A stretch of DNA of 64,000 bases from Clostridia bacterium (lineage in GTDB: Bacteria > Bacillota > Clostridia > Christensenellales > CAG-314), in NCBI GenBank assembly GCA_028698585.1, contig JAQVWG010000002.1, forward strand, positions 150,250-214,249, in the 5' to 3' direction. Position numbers and translations under genes: made by a program. Positions within the stretch are counted from its first letter, which is position 1; every line of letters starts with the position of its first letter. This document shows, in pieces, positions 19,611 through 29,262 of this stretch. The notes beneath the pieces are model-generated. The model had not been told where the DNA came from, made no database searches, and worked only from the letters and a program-made list of their open reading frames with translations.

Positions 19611-20201
19611 TTGCAGTATCTCAAAGAGGAAGTGAGAGGTAAGATATTATTAGCTGCTCGTGAGGAGTTCAAGACTCACGGTTATTCTAATGCCAGCATT
19701 CGCAATATCGCCGAGATGTCCCAGACAAGCCTAGGTAATATTTACAGATATTTTACTGACAAAGAGGCTGTTTTTTTGGCTGTAGTGGGGGACTTGTTCC
19801 AAGCAAGTGTGGATATGGTGGAACGATACTTCGATTTAGATATGGAATCATTGTCCAAGTATCCGGACATTTTGATTACGTTCAACGAGCAATATGCTGA
19901 GCAGTTGACCATACTTAAGAGTGGCCTGCGCAAGCACTATTTTCAATATATTCAGGCGCTCGTTAAGGTGTATGCGCGTAAACTTGAGGAACATCTTAAG
20001 CAGAACAGTCCACTAGTCGCAGACAAAATTAAATCCGCGGAGTTCTATGAGGACATAGCGCACGCATTCATGCACGGGCTGTATCATGCGCAGGGTAAGG
20101 AGGTCGCATACGAACAGAAGAAGCAGAACATAAGGGAATTATTGTGGTTCTTCTTCGCTGGCGTAGATAAGCGATTCGCATACTTTCCTGATCAAGCATA
20201 A
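19611..20201 (+). CDS. TetR/AcrR family transcriptional regulator
   Basis: N-terminal HTH ILLAAREEFKTHGYSNASIRNIAEMSQTSLGNIYRYFTDKEAVF. Start placed at TTG 19611, 8 nt after AAAGGAGAG (ORF track starts at TTG 19566). Confidence 0.7.
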   Translation: MQYLKEEVRGKILLAAREEFKTHGYSNASIRNIAEMSQTSLGNIYRYFTDKEAVFLAVVGDLFQASVDMVERYFDLDMESLSKYPDILITFNEQYAEQLTILKSGLRKHYFQYIQALVKVYARKLEEHLKQNSPLVADKIKSAEFYEDIAHAFMHGLYHAQGKEVAYEQKKQNIRELLWFFFAGVDKRFAYFPDQA

Positions 20202-20231
20202 TTATACATAACTCACTTAGACATCTATTCG

Positions 20232-20262
20232 AACGACAACTGGTATCAGTTGTCGTTTATAT
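20232..20262 (+). terminator. Intrinsic terminator after the TetR gene
   Basis: Stem AACGACAACTG / CAGTTGTCGTT, loop GTAT, then TATATGTT. Confidence 0.65.
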
Positions 20263-20785
20263 GTTATCTCAGATTGAGTGGGGGACTATTGAACAGGTGT
20301 GTTGTAGTATAGGAGGAAGTCGATATATATATGGTTAACAATATGCAGGTGCAACCTAAACAGGTGTATTAGTACTAGGCAGTCAGCGACCATTTAGTAA
20401 TTCTGTTGCCATTATTTGGACATCATCGTTTATCAATACAGTGCACGAATACAATAATGTTACTGCACAATTTGTTAACAGAGAATATATTAAATGCTGT
20501 CGATATTAACTAGCAATTAACACGTCACGCACATTAATTATAGGTCAATATCTATCATTTATTATATCTGCATATCTTTACTGTATAAATTATTAGTCAT
20601 TATGAATTACATTATAGATTGTCCATAAGTCAATACATAACTTACATTTGTGCTAGACTCAATCTACCAGTTGTTAGTTCTATCTGTTAAGACTTAAATG
20701 GGTATTGAGCGTCTAATTAATGCACTAGCAGTCTAATTCATCAGTCAGTATATTAAGCACATTTGGACAGGCTTAACCTATTATC

Positions 20786-21415
20786 TTATTTAGTTCCGTA
20801 CAGTCTATCTCCTGCATCTCCCAGTCCAGGCAGAATATATCCGTCATCATTAAGTTGTCTATCCACTGAGGCACAGTATATCTGCACGTCAGGGTGAATA
20901 GAGTGTACTTTCTCTATACCGACGGGAGAAGCGATAATATTCATCAGTTTAATTCGCTTGGCTCCGTTGCACTTCAGTAAGTCTATGGCTGCCACTGCAC
21001 TGCCACCTGTTGCGAGCATTGGATCAAGTATCACGCTTATACCACTGGTTATATTGTCAGGTAGTTTACAATAGTATTCGCAAGGATTGAGAGTTACTTT
21101 ATCTCGATATAATCCGATGAATCCGACACGAGATGTAGGGAATAGGGCCTGCACACCATTGACCATGCCCAGTCCCGCCCTAAGTATCGGTATTATGGCA
21201 ACACTCTTGTTGTCTACCATATATTGATATGTACTCTCAAGTGGTGTCTCTACTAGTACCTTAATGGTAGGCATATCCTTGAATGCTTCGAACGTCATCA
21301 ACATGGTCAGTTCTTCGACCAACTCTCTAAACTGTTTACCCGTGGTTTCCTTATTGCGCAGGATTGCCAACTTGTGCATTACTAATGGGTGGTCGAAAAT
21401 AGTAACATTATTCAT
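20786..21415 (-). CDS. upp: Uracil phosphoribosyltransferase
   Basis: 209 aa. HPLVMHKLAILRNKET, ILRAGLGM and the PRPP loop VILDPMLATGGSA, then LPGLGDAGDRLYGTK. AAGGAG SD. Confidence 0.9.
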   Translation of the reverse strand: MNNVTIFDHPLVMHKLAILRNKETTGKQFRELVEELTMLMTFEAFKDMPTIKVLVETPLESTYQYMVDNKSVAIIPILRAGLGMVNGVQALFPTSRVGFIGLYRDKVTLNPCEYYCKLPDNITSGISVILDPMLATGGSAVAAIDLLKCNGAKRIKLMNIIASPVGIEKVHSIHPDVQIYCASVDRQLNDDGYILPGLGDAGDRLYGTK

Positions 21416-21642
21416 ATCTGCTCGACTCCTTATCTTGTGTAATCTATATGTTACCCCAAATAGACTCCAAAATCAATTATTTGCGCAACATTATGCAAAA
21501 ATCCCCCTTATGTAGTATCAATACACTGTATAATATGCCGATTCATGCAATGTTACTATTCACTGCGTGTGTACGTATCACGTTGATTATGTCTTGCATT
21601 ACCGACGGTTGGGTTAAATGGTGTTGGAAAGAAGCTTTTTTA

Positions 21643-21671
21643 TTGCAAAATTATTAATGCTGTGATAATAT
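21643..21671 (+). promoter_or_regulatory. Promoter of the chromate-transporter pair; predicts a leaderless mRNA
   Basis: TTGCAA (21643-21648) and an extended -10, TGtGATAAT (21661-21669). ATG at 21678 with no SD. Confidence 0.5.
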
Positions 21672-21677
21672 TAAGCT

Positions 21678-22547
21678 ATGGTAAAGGCAATACAAAAAGT
21701 TAAATTATTAACGTTATTATTCTGGACGTATTTCAAAATAGGTCTGTTCACATTTGGTGGTGGGTATGCCATGATTAGCCTAATTGAACGAGAAACTACT
21801 CGAAAAGGGTGGATGACTCAGGAGGATATTATAGATATGGTATCCCTTGCAGAGAGTACTCCAGGGGTAATAGCAGTCAACAGTGCTACTTTCGTAGGGT
21901 GTAAGGTGGCGGGGTTCTGGGGTGCGCTGGTTGCAACTGTTGGCGTTGTTCTGCCCTCGTTTATCGTTATATCCTCACTGTTTTTCGTGCTGGAAGCATT
22001 CTTACAGAATGTGTGGGTATCCGCAGCATTCAAGGGCATAAGAGCATGTGTGGCAGTGCTCATACTCAATGTATCTATTAAACTAGTCGGTCAACTGCCA
22101 CGTAATGCTTACACGTACATTGTACTGGTATGTGTTTTCGCTATAGTTACATTTACTAACATAAGTGGTATTTGGCTAATTCTACTGTGTGCAATCATTG
22201 GCATAATATCTGTATTTATTAGTAATAGGGGCGGTAGGCACCCTCACCCAGTTGACAGCACTTTGCCAACGACAGATAGTACTCAAGATAAAATGCACGG
22301 TACAGACAATAAAGAACATGAATTGTTAGATAATTATGACAGTTCATTAAGTAATACAGTCGCCAGTAAGCATAATTCCATTGACAGCGCCTTGTTGACA
22401 ACAGATTATACGTGGCTTAGGGGACACAATCAAGCCAGTGTAGACAACGAGCTGGACAGTTCAGTCAATCTACCTAATGAATACAGAGATGAACACCATA
22501 CACAATGTGAAGACAGTCAAGAGCATAATGAGGAGGATAAGCAGTGA
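21678..22547 (+). CDS. Chromate transporter family protein (short CHR, first half) with a long hydrophilic C-terminal tail
   Basis: FKIGLFTFGGGYAMISLIE and SLAESTPGVIAVNSATFVG are CHR-family motifs. The last ~100 aa are acidic, His/Ser-rich and low complexity. Confidence 0.75.
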   Translation: MVKAIQKVKLLTLLFWTYFKIGLFTFGGGYAMISLIERETTRKGWMTQEDIIDMVSLAESTPGVIAVNSATFVGCKVAGFWGALVATVGVVLPSFIVISSLFFVLEAFLQNVWVSAAFKGIRACVAVLILNVSIKLVGQLPRNAYTYIVLVCVFAIVTFTNISGIWLILLCAIIGIISVFISNRGGRHPHPVDSTLPTTDSTQDKMHGTDNKEHELLDNYDSSLSNTVASKHNSIDSALLTTDYTWLRGHNQASVDNELDSSVNLPNEYRDEHHTQCEDSQEHNEEDKQ

Positions 22548-23158
22548 TTTACCTTCAACTATTCTTAACATGTTTCAAAATAGGGTTGTTTACCATAGGT
22601 GGCGGGTATGCCATGATAGGGCTTATGAGTCAAGCTTTTGTTGGCAGTGGACTAATCGATGGCGCAATGTTTATTAATATGATAGCAGTAGCAGAATCAA
22701 CGCCTGGTCCAATAGCCGTCAACCTAGCCACATTCGTAGGTATGCAGGCTGGATATAAGATGGGTGGGGTAGGCTGGGCATACCTAGGCGCAACAGTGGC
22801 GACAATAGGAGTAGTACTGCCCTCATTTATCGTCATGCTGATAGCATTTAGACTACTTAGCGTTTATGCATCTAACAAGTATGTTAAGGGTGCTTTATAC
22901 GGTATGCGACCGGCAGTAATAGCATTAATGTTCGCTGCTGTAGCTACTGTGCTGTTATTAGTAATTTTTCCCCTGCTTGATACGACTGCCATTACTGTGC
23001 AATCGTTCGAGCAATTCGATTACGTATCATTGATACTCTTCGTAACATTCCTAGCCGTATCCAGAATCAAAATAAAAGGTAGAGCTATTCACCCAATAGC
23101 ACTGATTGGCTGTTCTGCAGTGGTTGGCATTATAGTATTCGGCTTACTATCGCTATAA
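22544..23158 (+). CDS. Chromate transporter family protein (short CHR, second half)
   Basis: FKIGLFTIGGGYAMIGLM and AVAESTPGPIAVNLATFVG. GTG start overlaps the upstream stop (GTGA). Paired short CHR genes resemble B. subtilis ywrA/ywrB. Confidence 0.75.
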   Translation: MIYLQLFLTCFKIGLFTIGGGYAMIGLMSQAFVGSGLIDGAMFINMIAVAESTPGPIAVNLATFVGMQAGYKMGGVGWAYLGATVATIGVVLPSFIVMLIAFRLLSVYASNKYVKGALYGMRPAVIALMFAAVATVLLLVIFPLLDTTAITVQSFEQFDYVSLILFVTFLAVSRIKIKGRAIHPIALIGCSAVVGIIVFGLLSL

Positions 23159-23253
23159 ACTGTAGTGAAGACAATTTATTAATGGCTAAGTGCTAGAATA
23201 GATTATCACATCTGTTAATAATATATAAGATACATAATATGGAGGTTAAATGT

Positions 23254-24114
23254 ATGATAAGAACTAACAAAGATAAGTGTGTTATGCAGTCGGTAATAGG
23301 CGCAGTTCATTCACCAACGGCACGCTACGGCGCCCGAATGAGTGTAGATGTAGAGGGTAGACCGTTTACTCTGCCCAGTGTGGGTGGTATATGTTACAAC
23401 GTCAAGATAGGTGACTGCGTGTACGGACTGGCTGGTGACCATATCGAACCGGGTGTATCGGTGCAGAATACTGATTTGTTAGAGAATGGTGCGCTCAATA
23501 TGTTGTCCTGTGTGGGCAACCGTGCTAAGGTAGTTACAGGTGATGCTAAAGGCGCACTTGGGTACGTAACCGGCATGCACGGTGGCATTGAACACTGCCT
23601 TATGTGGTTTGATGACGACACTATTGAGAAACTGTGTATAGGGGACAAAATCCAAGTCAAGTCCTACGGACAAGGGCTTAAACTACTAGATTATCCCAAC
23701 ATACGAGTTATGAACTGCGACCCTGATTTACTCGAAAAACTCAACATAAGCGAACAGGCCAATAAGCTATATGTACCGGTAGCAGGCATAGTACCGGCAT
23801 ACTTAATGGGTTCAGGCACAGGCAGTCAAGCACAGACAGGTGACTATGACATTATGACCGCTGACAAGAAAACGCTTGATAAGTATGACCTTAACAATTT
23901 GCGTTTCGGCGACATAGTGTTCTTACAGGACTGCGATAATATGTACGGTCGTGGTTATCTTAAAGGTGCCCGTACAATAGGCGTGGTTGTGCACAGTGAT
24001 TGTATAATTGGTGGACACGGTCCCGGAGTTACTACACTGATTACATGTAAACTACCTAGAATTGTTCCCGTTATTGACAAGAGCGCCAATATCAAAAAGT
24101 ATCTGCAATTATAA
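23254..24114 (+). CDS. Conserved hypothetical protein (possibly DUF4438 family)
   Basis: About 286 aa, soluble. Start moved to ATG 23254, 8 nt after GGAGG (ORF-track start 23239 contains the SD). The family guess is from memory only. Confidence 0.4.
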   Translation: MIRTNKDKCVMQSVIGAVHSPTARYGARMSVDVEGRPFTLPSVGGICYNVKIGDCVYGLAGDHIEPGVSVQNTDLLENGALNMLSCVGNRAKVVTGDAKGALGYVTGMHGGIEHCLMWFDDDTIEKLCIGDKIQVKSYGQGLKLLDYPNIRVMNCDPDLLEKLNISEQANKLYVPVAGIVPAYLMGSGTGSQAQTGDYDIMTADKKTLDKYDLNNLRFGDIVFLQDCDNMYGRGYLKGARTIGVVVHSDCIIGGHGPGVTTLITCKLPRIVPVIDKSANIKKYLQL

Positions 24115-24180
24115 TGGACAGTGAATAATGACATAACTACTATAACTTCGACTTACAGATAGCATTATGGTAATTAACTA

Positions 24181-24212
24181 AGCCCTCATTCTGTGTAGAA
24201 TGAGGGCTTGTT
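24181..24212. terminator. Hairpin between convergent genes; probable bidirectional terminator
   Basis: AGCCCTCATTC / GAATGAGGGCT stem followed by TGTTGCATT. Lies between the DUF4438-like gene (+) and the GNAT gene (-). Confidence 0.6.
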
Positions 24213-24298
24213 GCATTAAAATACCAGTATGTCAATCGCTTACTAACTACAATCACAGTTCATGCATGCGGGTGGAGCTATTGTTGTCAAATAACGGT

Positions 24299-24853
24299 TT
24301 ACATGTTCGGATTGGACTGCTTGCGTGTATTATACTCCTCTCTCGTCATCGAGTATAACGATTCTCCGTGCATTTCGCCCTTCAATTGATAGATATTGCG
24401 CAAATGCGCCTCGTAAATGAAACCCAGTTTCTCAATAACCCTTCTTGACCTATTGTTGAAGTCGAAATGGCCTACAACTAGCATATCTACGCCCTCTTGC
24501 TCGAATGCGTACTTAATTACTTCACTGCACGCTTCGGTCATTAAGCCTTGTCCCCAGTAATCTTCGCCCAGCACGTAGCCCAATTCCAGTACCTTGAACT
24601 GTTCTAGTCTACGGTTGGTCTTATGTAGTCCAATACTGCCAATGACTCTGCCATTGCTTCTTAACTGTATAGCCCACACTTCGTTACCCTTGATAAACTT
24701 ATCTAGTATTAAGGCACTCTCTTGCCTGTTCTGGTGTGGTTTCCACCCCGCCATAGGTCCAACAATAGGATTACGGCAGTATTGATACATGTCATCTAAA
24801 TCATTTATTTTCCATTGCCTAATGATTAGGCGTTCTGTGTACAGCGTCTGCAT
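24299..24853 (-). CDS. GNAT family N-acetyltransferase (RimJ/RimL-like)
   Basis: 184 aa. LGYVLGEDYWGQGLMTEA and the acetyl-CoA region NNRSRRVIEKLGF. AAGGAG SD. Confidence 0.75.
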   Translation of the reverse strand: MQTLYTERLIIRQWKINDLDDMYQYCRNPIVGPMAGWKPHQNRQESALILDKFIKGNEVWAIQLRSNGRVIGSIGLHKTNRRLEQFKVLELGYVLGEDYWGQGLMTEACSEVIKYAFEQEGVDMLVVGHFDFNNRSRRVIEKLGFIYEAHLRNIYQLKGEMHGESLYSMTREEYNTRKQSNPNM

Positions 24854-24973
24854 TCTACTATTCTCCTTACCTAATCATTCTACCACGAAACCCATTATAA
24901 TTACCATATTATTACTAAAAAAGTTGTAATTATATCAGCATTGTGGTAGAATATTACAACAAAGGAAAGCAAG

Positions 24974-26686
24974 ATGACGAGAATAGACAGAATAGCGAAA
25001 AAAATCAATAGAGTATACCCTCATATTGTTGTCAGTGAGAAGGACGGATGTGTTCGACTGACTGGTGAGATGGATAGGTGGGATGATGTATTGAGTGCCG
25101 GAAAAATGGCTGTTTCTGGGCATTTCTTCGGCGTGCTCAATGATATTAAGCTAGCTGGATTTACTCAGCCACCTATTAAGAGACCTGTACTAGATGATGA
25201 TAGATATGATGGGGCTGTATGTGACGTGTTGGTTATAGGCGGTGGCGTCATAGGTTGTTCAATCGCAAGAGAATTAACCAGATACAATATCAAGGTTATC
25301 CTCGTTGAGAAGCAGAGCGATGTCGCAACTATGCAGAGCGCACGTAACGACGGCGCTATTCATGTGGGAATAGATTTGCCCAATAAGACCAAAAAACTTC
25401 ATTACCTCGCTCGCAGTAATTGTATGTACGAACAGTTGTCTGCACAATTGGATTTCCCATTCACAAGACACGGGCAATATGTACTATCCACAAGTTGGTG
25501 GCATTTACCCATTATGCTTGCGCTTAAGGTTAAGGCAATGCGACAGAAGATAACCAACCTACAATTTATGGGCAGGCGCAAACTGGCTGGAGTAGTACCT
25601 AATCTCAGTAAGAATGTTAAGTTCGGTATTCTTATGGATAAGGGAGGGTGTGTATGCCCATACGGTATGACGATAGCCTATGCAGATAATGCCGTACAGA
25701 ACGGAGCCAAAATACTACTCAACACTATTGTCACGGGAATGGACGTTACTGACGGCGTTATTATTGGCGTGCATACCAACAGAGGCATAATTAAGCCTAG
25801 AGTGGTTGTCAACGCAGCAGGCGTATATGCAGATGTGATAGCCGAATATGCTCAAGATAGATTCTACACCATTCATCCAAGGCGTGGCACCAACTTGATT
25901 CTGGATAGACAGAGCAAATCGCATATAATTAACGATGCTGGCAGTATATCAATGTATTTGAGCAGGAAACTGCGCCAGCGAGTGCACAGTAAGGGCGGTG
26001 GCATATTGCAAACAGTTGATGACAACGTACTGGTTGGTCCTGACTCTGTCGAGACACCGTACAGAGAAGATCACTCAACCACTATTGAGAGTATCAATGC
26101 AGTAATGAGTAAACATGCATTAACATCACCAACTATGAGTAATAGGGATATAATCAATTACTTTACAGGCGTACGCTCAGCCACTTATGAGGAGGATTTT
26201 GTCATAGAATATGGCAAAAAAACTACTAACATTGTTCACGTAGCAGGCATACAATCCCCGGGTTTATCTGCGGCACCCGCTATAGCTATCGACGTGAGCA
26301 AAATGGCTGTAGTGATACTTACCAAGTACCGTATAGTGCTAGCCAATAACAAGTTCAATCCTGTGCGCAAGGGCGTTACCAATATTAGCAAGCTATCTAT
26401 ACAAGAGAGAGATGAACTGATCCGAATTAACCCTAACTATGGCGAGATAGTGTGCCGTTGCGAAGGTATATCTAAGGGAGAGATACTTGACGCACTGCAC
26501 CTGCCACTGTGTGTTCCCACTCTAGACGGAATCAAGAGAAGAGTTCGTGCGGGTATGGGTAGGTGCCAAGGTGCATTTTGTCAGCCATTGATAATGGATA
26601 TTATCAAAGAGGATAGAGGACTGCCATACGACCGTATATCCAAGAAGGGCGAGGACAGGGTAATTCTATCAGTTAATAAAGAGTAG
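24974..26686 (+). CDS. FAD-dependent oxidoreductase, GlpA-like, with BFD-like [2Fe-2S] domain and an N-terminal BON-like extension
   Basis: DVLVIGGGVIGCSIAREL FAD fold. C-terminal IVCRCEGISKGEILDAL...GMGRCQGAFCQ. The first ~65 aa resemble a BON domain (HIVVSEKDGCVRLTGEM...GVLNDIKL). Confidence 0.7.
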   Translation: MTRIDRIAKKINRVYPHIVVSEKDGCVRLTGEMDRWDDVLSAGKMAVSGHFFGVLNDIKLAGFTQPPIKRPVLDDDRYDGAVCDVLVIGGGVIGCSIARELTRYNIKVILVEKQSDVATMQSARNDGAIHVGIDLPNKTKKLHYLARSNCMYEQLSAQLDFPFTRHGQYVLSTSWWHLPIMLALKVKAMRQKITNLQFMGRRKLAGVVPNLSKNVKFGILMDKGGCVCPYGMTIAYADNAVQNGAKILLNTIVTGMDVTDGVIIGVHTNRGIIKPRVVVNAAGVYADVIAEYAQDRFYTIHPRRGTNLILDRQSKSHIINDAGSISMYLSRKLRQRVHSKGGGILQTVDDNVLVGPDSVETPYREDHSTTIESINAVMSKHALTSPTMSNRDIINYFTGVRSATYEEDFVIEYGKKTTNIVHVAGIQSPGLSAAPAIAIDVSKMAVVILTKYRIVLANNKFNPVRKGVTNISKLSIQERDELIRINPNYGEIVCRCEGISKGEILDALHLPLCVPTLDGIKRRVRAGMGRCQGAFCQPLIMDIIKEDRGLPYDRISKKGEDRVILSVNKE

Positions 26687-26739
26687 AATTAATTATACTA
26701 TACACACAGTCGATAGACATTAGCATACATAGGAAGAGA

Positions 26740-27996
26740 ATGCAACAGTTTAACACAGACATATTAGTAATAGGCAGTGGTCCGGCAGGACTATCTGCTG
26801 CCAACAGCGCCATATCGCAAGGTGCAACAGTAATCATCGTAGAGCGAGAGAGAAGCCTAGGTGGTATCCTTAAACAATGCATTCATGACGGATTCGGTCT
26901 AGTGAGATATGGACAGAAGTTGACCGGACCAGAGTATGCTCAGAGGGATATAGATGTCCTGATTCACTCTAGTGCAACTATACTACTATCCACGTTCGTT
27001 ACCAGCATAGTCAAGAGCGAACACGGATTTATCGCCGAGTTCGTCAACAGGCAAGGCGCAGGTAATATTAGGGCCAACAAGATTATTTTTGCCACTGGTT
27101 GTCGCGAAAGGACGTCTAAACAAATACTCATACAGGGTACTAACCCTAGTGGTGTTATGACCGCGGGTACTGCACAACACTATATTAATCTACAAGGTTT
27201 GATGCCCACTAAACGTTGCGTAATTCTGGGTAGCGGAGACATAGGTCTTATTATGGCCCGTAGATTGACGCTAGAAGGCGCAAAGGTGGTGGGGGTATAT
27301 GAGATTAAGGCTACACCAAGTGGGCTAACACGCAACGTCGTGCAGTGCTTAAACGACTATGGTATACCTCTCTATCTCTCTCATACTGTAACCAGAGTAT
27401 TTGGTGCAGATAGATTGACTGCTGTCGAAATATGTCGTGTCGATGAGCATATGAAGGTAATCCCAGATACTGCCGAGATAATCGAATGTGATGCTTTGAT
27501 ACTGTCAGTCGGCTTAATACCTGAGACGGAGATGCATAATCAGCTATCTTTGCCCATAGATAAGAATACCTCTGGCGCCATTGTAGATCAGCACTTCATG
27601 ACTCTTATGGATAACTGTTATAGTGTAGGCAATGCCACTCACGTTAACGACCTCGTGGACTACGTATCCCAGAGTGGTGAGATAGCAGGCAAACACGCCA
27701 GTTGTTCATGTCAACCCAGATTCTTCGTGCGCCCCAAATTGAATGGAGAACTGGCATACTTTATACCTCAAGTAATAGACGTGTCAAGTAGTGACAAGGA
27801 CATAGTGTGTTATTTTCGGTCCAAACGAGATATTAAGAGGGCAGTCATTACTGTTAAGGACAAGGACAAGATTGTGTATACTAAGCGCCTGAATAATGTC
27901 AAGCCAACGGAGATGCAACGCATACTTGTGGACATTTCTAAACTTGATAACACCAGTATTGTGTCCGTTGAGTTGGAGGAAATATGCGAGAATTGA
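26740..27996 (+). CDS. NAD(P)/FAD-dependent pyridine nucleotide-disulfide oxidoreductase family protein
   Basis: DILVIGSGPAGLSAA and a second fold, ILGSGDIGLIMARRL. Standard partner of GlpA-like and DUF1667 genes in Clostridia and Thermotogae. Confidence 0.7.
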   Translation: MQQFNTDILVIGSGPAGLSAANSAISQGATVIIVERERSLGGILKQCIHDGFGLVRYGQKLTGPEYAQRDIDVLIHSSATILLSTFVTSIVKSEHGFIAEFVNRQGAGNIRANKIIFATGCRERTSKQILIQGTNPSGVMTAGTAQHYINLQGLMPTKRCVILGSGDIGLIMARRLTLEGAKVVGVYEIKATPSGLTRNVVQCLNDYGIPLYLSHTVTRVFGADRLTAVEICRVDEHMKVIPDTAEIIECDALILSVGLIPETEMHNQLSLPIDKNTSGAIVDQHFMTLMDNCYSVGNATHVNDLVDYVSQSGEIAGKHASCSCQPRFFVRPKLNGELAYFIPQVIDVSSSDKDIVCYFRSKRDIKRAVITVKDKDKIVYTKRLNNVKPTEMQRILVDISKLDNTSIVSVELEEICEN

Positions 27997-28322
27997 CATG
28001 TATTGTATGTCCCAACAGTTGCACCATAACCGTTGACGGCGACCAAATAACAGGTAATCTATGTAATAAGGGTAGAGATTTTGCTATCAGTGAAACTACC
28101 AACCCTACGCGCACTATAACAAGCACGGTTGTAACTACATTCGACAGTTGTCCTGCATTGTCCGTGCGCACAGATAAGGAAATTGCCTTCGACAAGATAT
28201 TCGCACTGATTGACCTGCTTAAGAAGGTTAAGGTTACCAAGAGAGTCAAGATAGGCGACATCGTACTGGCTAACGTATTCAACAGTGGTGTCAATGTAAT
28301 TGCTACCAAGAACATAGAATAG
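27984..28322 (+). CDS. DUF1667 domain-containing protein
   Basis: 112 aa starting MRELTCIVCPNSCTITVDG, the family's N-terminal CxxCPxxC signature. Overlaps the upstream gene by 13 nt. GGAGGA SD. Confidence 0.65.
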   Translation: MRELTCIVCPNSCTITVDGDQITGNLCNKGRDFAISETTNPTRTITSTVVTTFDSCPALSVRTDKEIAFDKIFALIDLLKKVKVTKRVKIGDIVLANVFNSGVNVIATKNIE

Positions 28323-28654
28323 TATCGTTCGTGGCAGTAATGACTCTGTACGCTATAGCGCCCGTGCACCTAATGGTATAATTACCGTTACAACAACTGC
28401 ATATCTCTACAATTATATTCCCATCATACACAACTGTCCATGTTAATCCCTTTTCAATACTATTCTTCGTTCACATTAATTGTTGTACTGTTATCTAGTT
28501 TCATAATTATCCTGCCAACATTTGTTGTGCACGCCCTGTCAATTTTTGCCTAGTTATAGTTTTATCGTCAAGTTGTCGCAATAATCCTGCCAACGGTAAC
28601 CTACTAATTGCATAATAAACTATCTGTATTATATTATCTTTTGCATCTTTTCCG

Positions 28655-29150
28655 ACACCCGATATTTCGTATGCAGATATTATGAACTCGTAATGTTAAG
28701 GCGTCTTATCTATTAATCTGTTGCTTCATGTGTCTAAACGCGTAATTTATTGCTGATATTAATAGCGTGCAATATCTACAATATGACTTAGTTATTTGCT
28801 CAATATTAATCCAACACCCGATATTTCGTATGCAAATATTATGAACTCATAATATTAAGGCGTCTTATCTATTAATCTGTTGCTTCATGTGTCTAAACGC
28901 GTAATTTATTGCTGATATTAATAGCGTGCAGTATCTACAATATGACTTAATAACTTGCTCAATATTAATCCAACACGCGATATTTCGTATGCAGATATTA
29001 TGAACTCGTAATATTAAGGCGTCTTATCAATTAATCTGTTGCTGCATGTGTCTAAACGCGTAATTTATTGCTGATATTAATAGCGTGCAATATCTACAAT
29101 ATGACTTAGTAATTTGCTCAATATTAATCCAACACCCGATATTTTGCCTA
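28655..29150. repeat. Near-identical tandem repeat, 159-bp unit, 3 full copies plus a partial fourth
   Basis: Unit starts (ACACCCGATATTTCGTATGCA...) at 28655, 28814, 28973 and 29132. Copies differ at a handful of positions. Stops in all frames. Ends about 20 nt before the ATPase -35 box. Confidence 0.95.
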
Positions 29151-29170
29151 CCGATATTACAAAAAAACTG

Positions 29171-29199
29171 TTGACATTCAACCTCGTCAAGAATATACT
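29171..29199 (+). promoter_or_regulatory. Promoter of the P1B-type ATPase gene
   Basis: TTGACA (29171-29176), 17 nt, TATACT (29194-29199). Confidence 0.7.
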
Positions 29200-29203
29200 T
29201 AAA

Positions 29204-29227
29204 TTACCCCCTAGGGTAGGGGGTTAA
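29204..29227 (+). promoter_or_regulatory. C-tract/G-tract dyad; candidate CsoR/RcnR-type metal-sensor operator
   Basis: TTACCCCCTAGGGTAGGGGGTTAA has arms ACCCCCTA / TAGGGGGT and sits immediately after the -10 box of a metal ATPase gene. Resemblance to CsoR operators is from memory. Confidence 0.45.
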
Positions 29228-29262
29228 TTCGCTCGGTATTAGATTACTTATAGGAGAAAACC

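Noticed and set aside
28655-29150. The 159-bp array as a CRISPR array
   Set aside because: The units are contiguous with no unique spacers, are far longer than CRISPR repeats, and no cas genes are present in the window.
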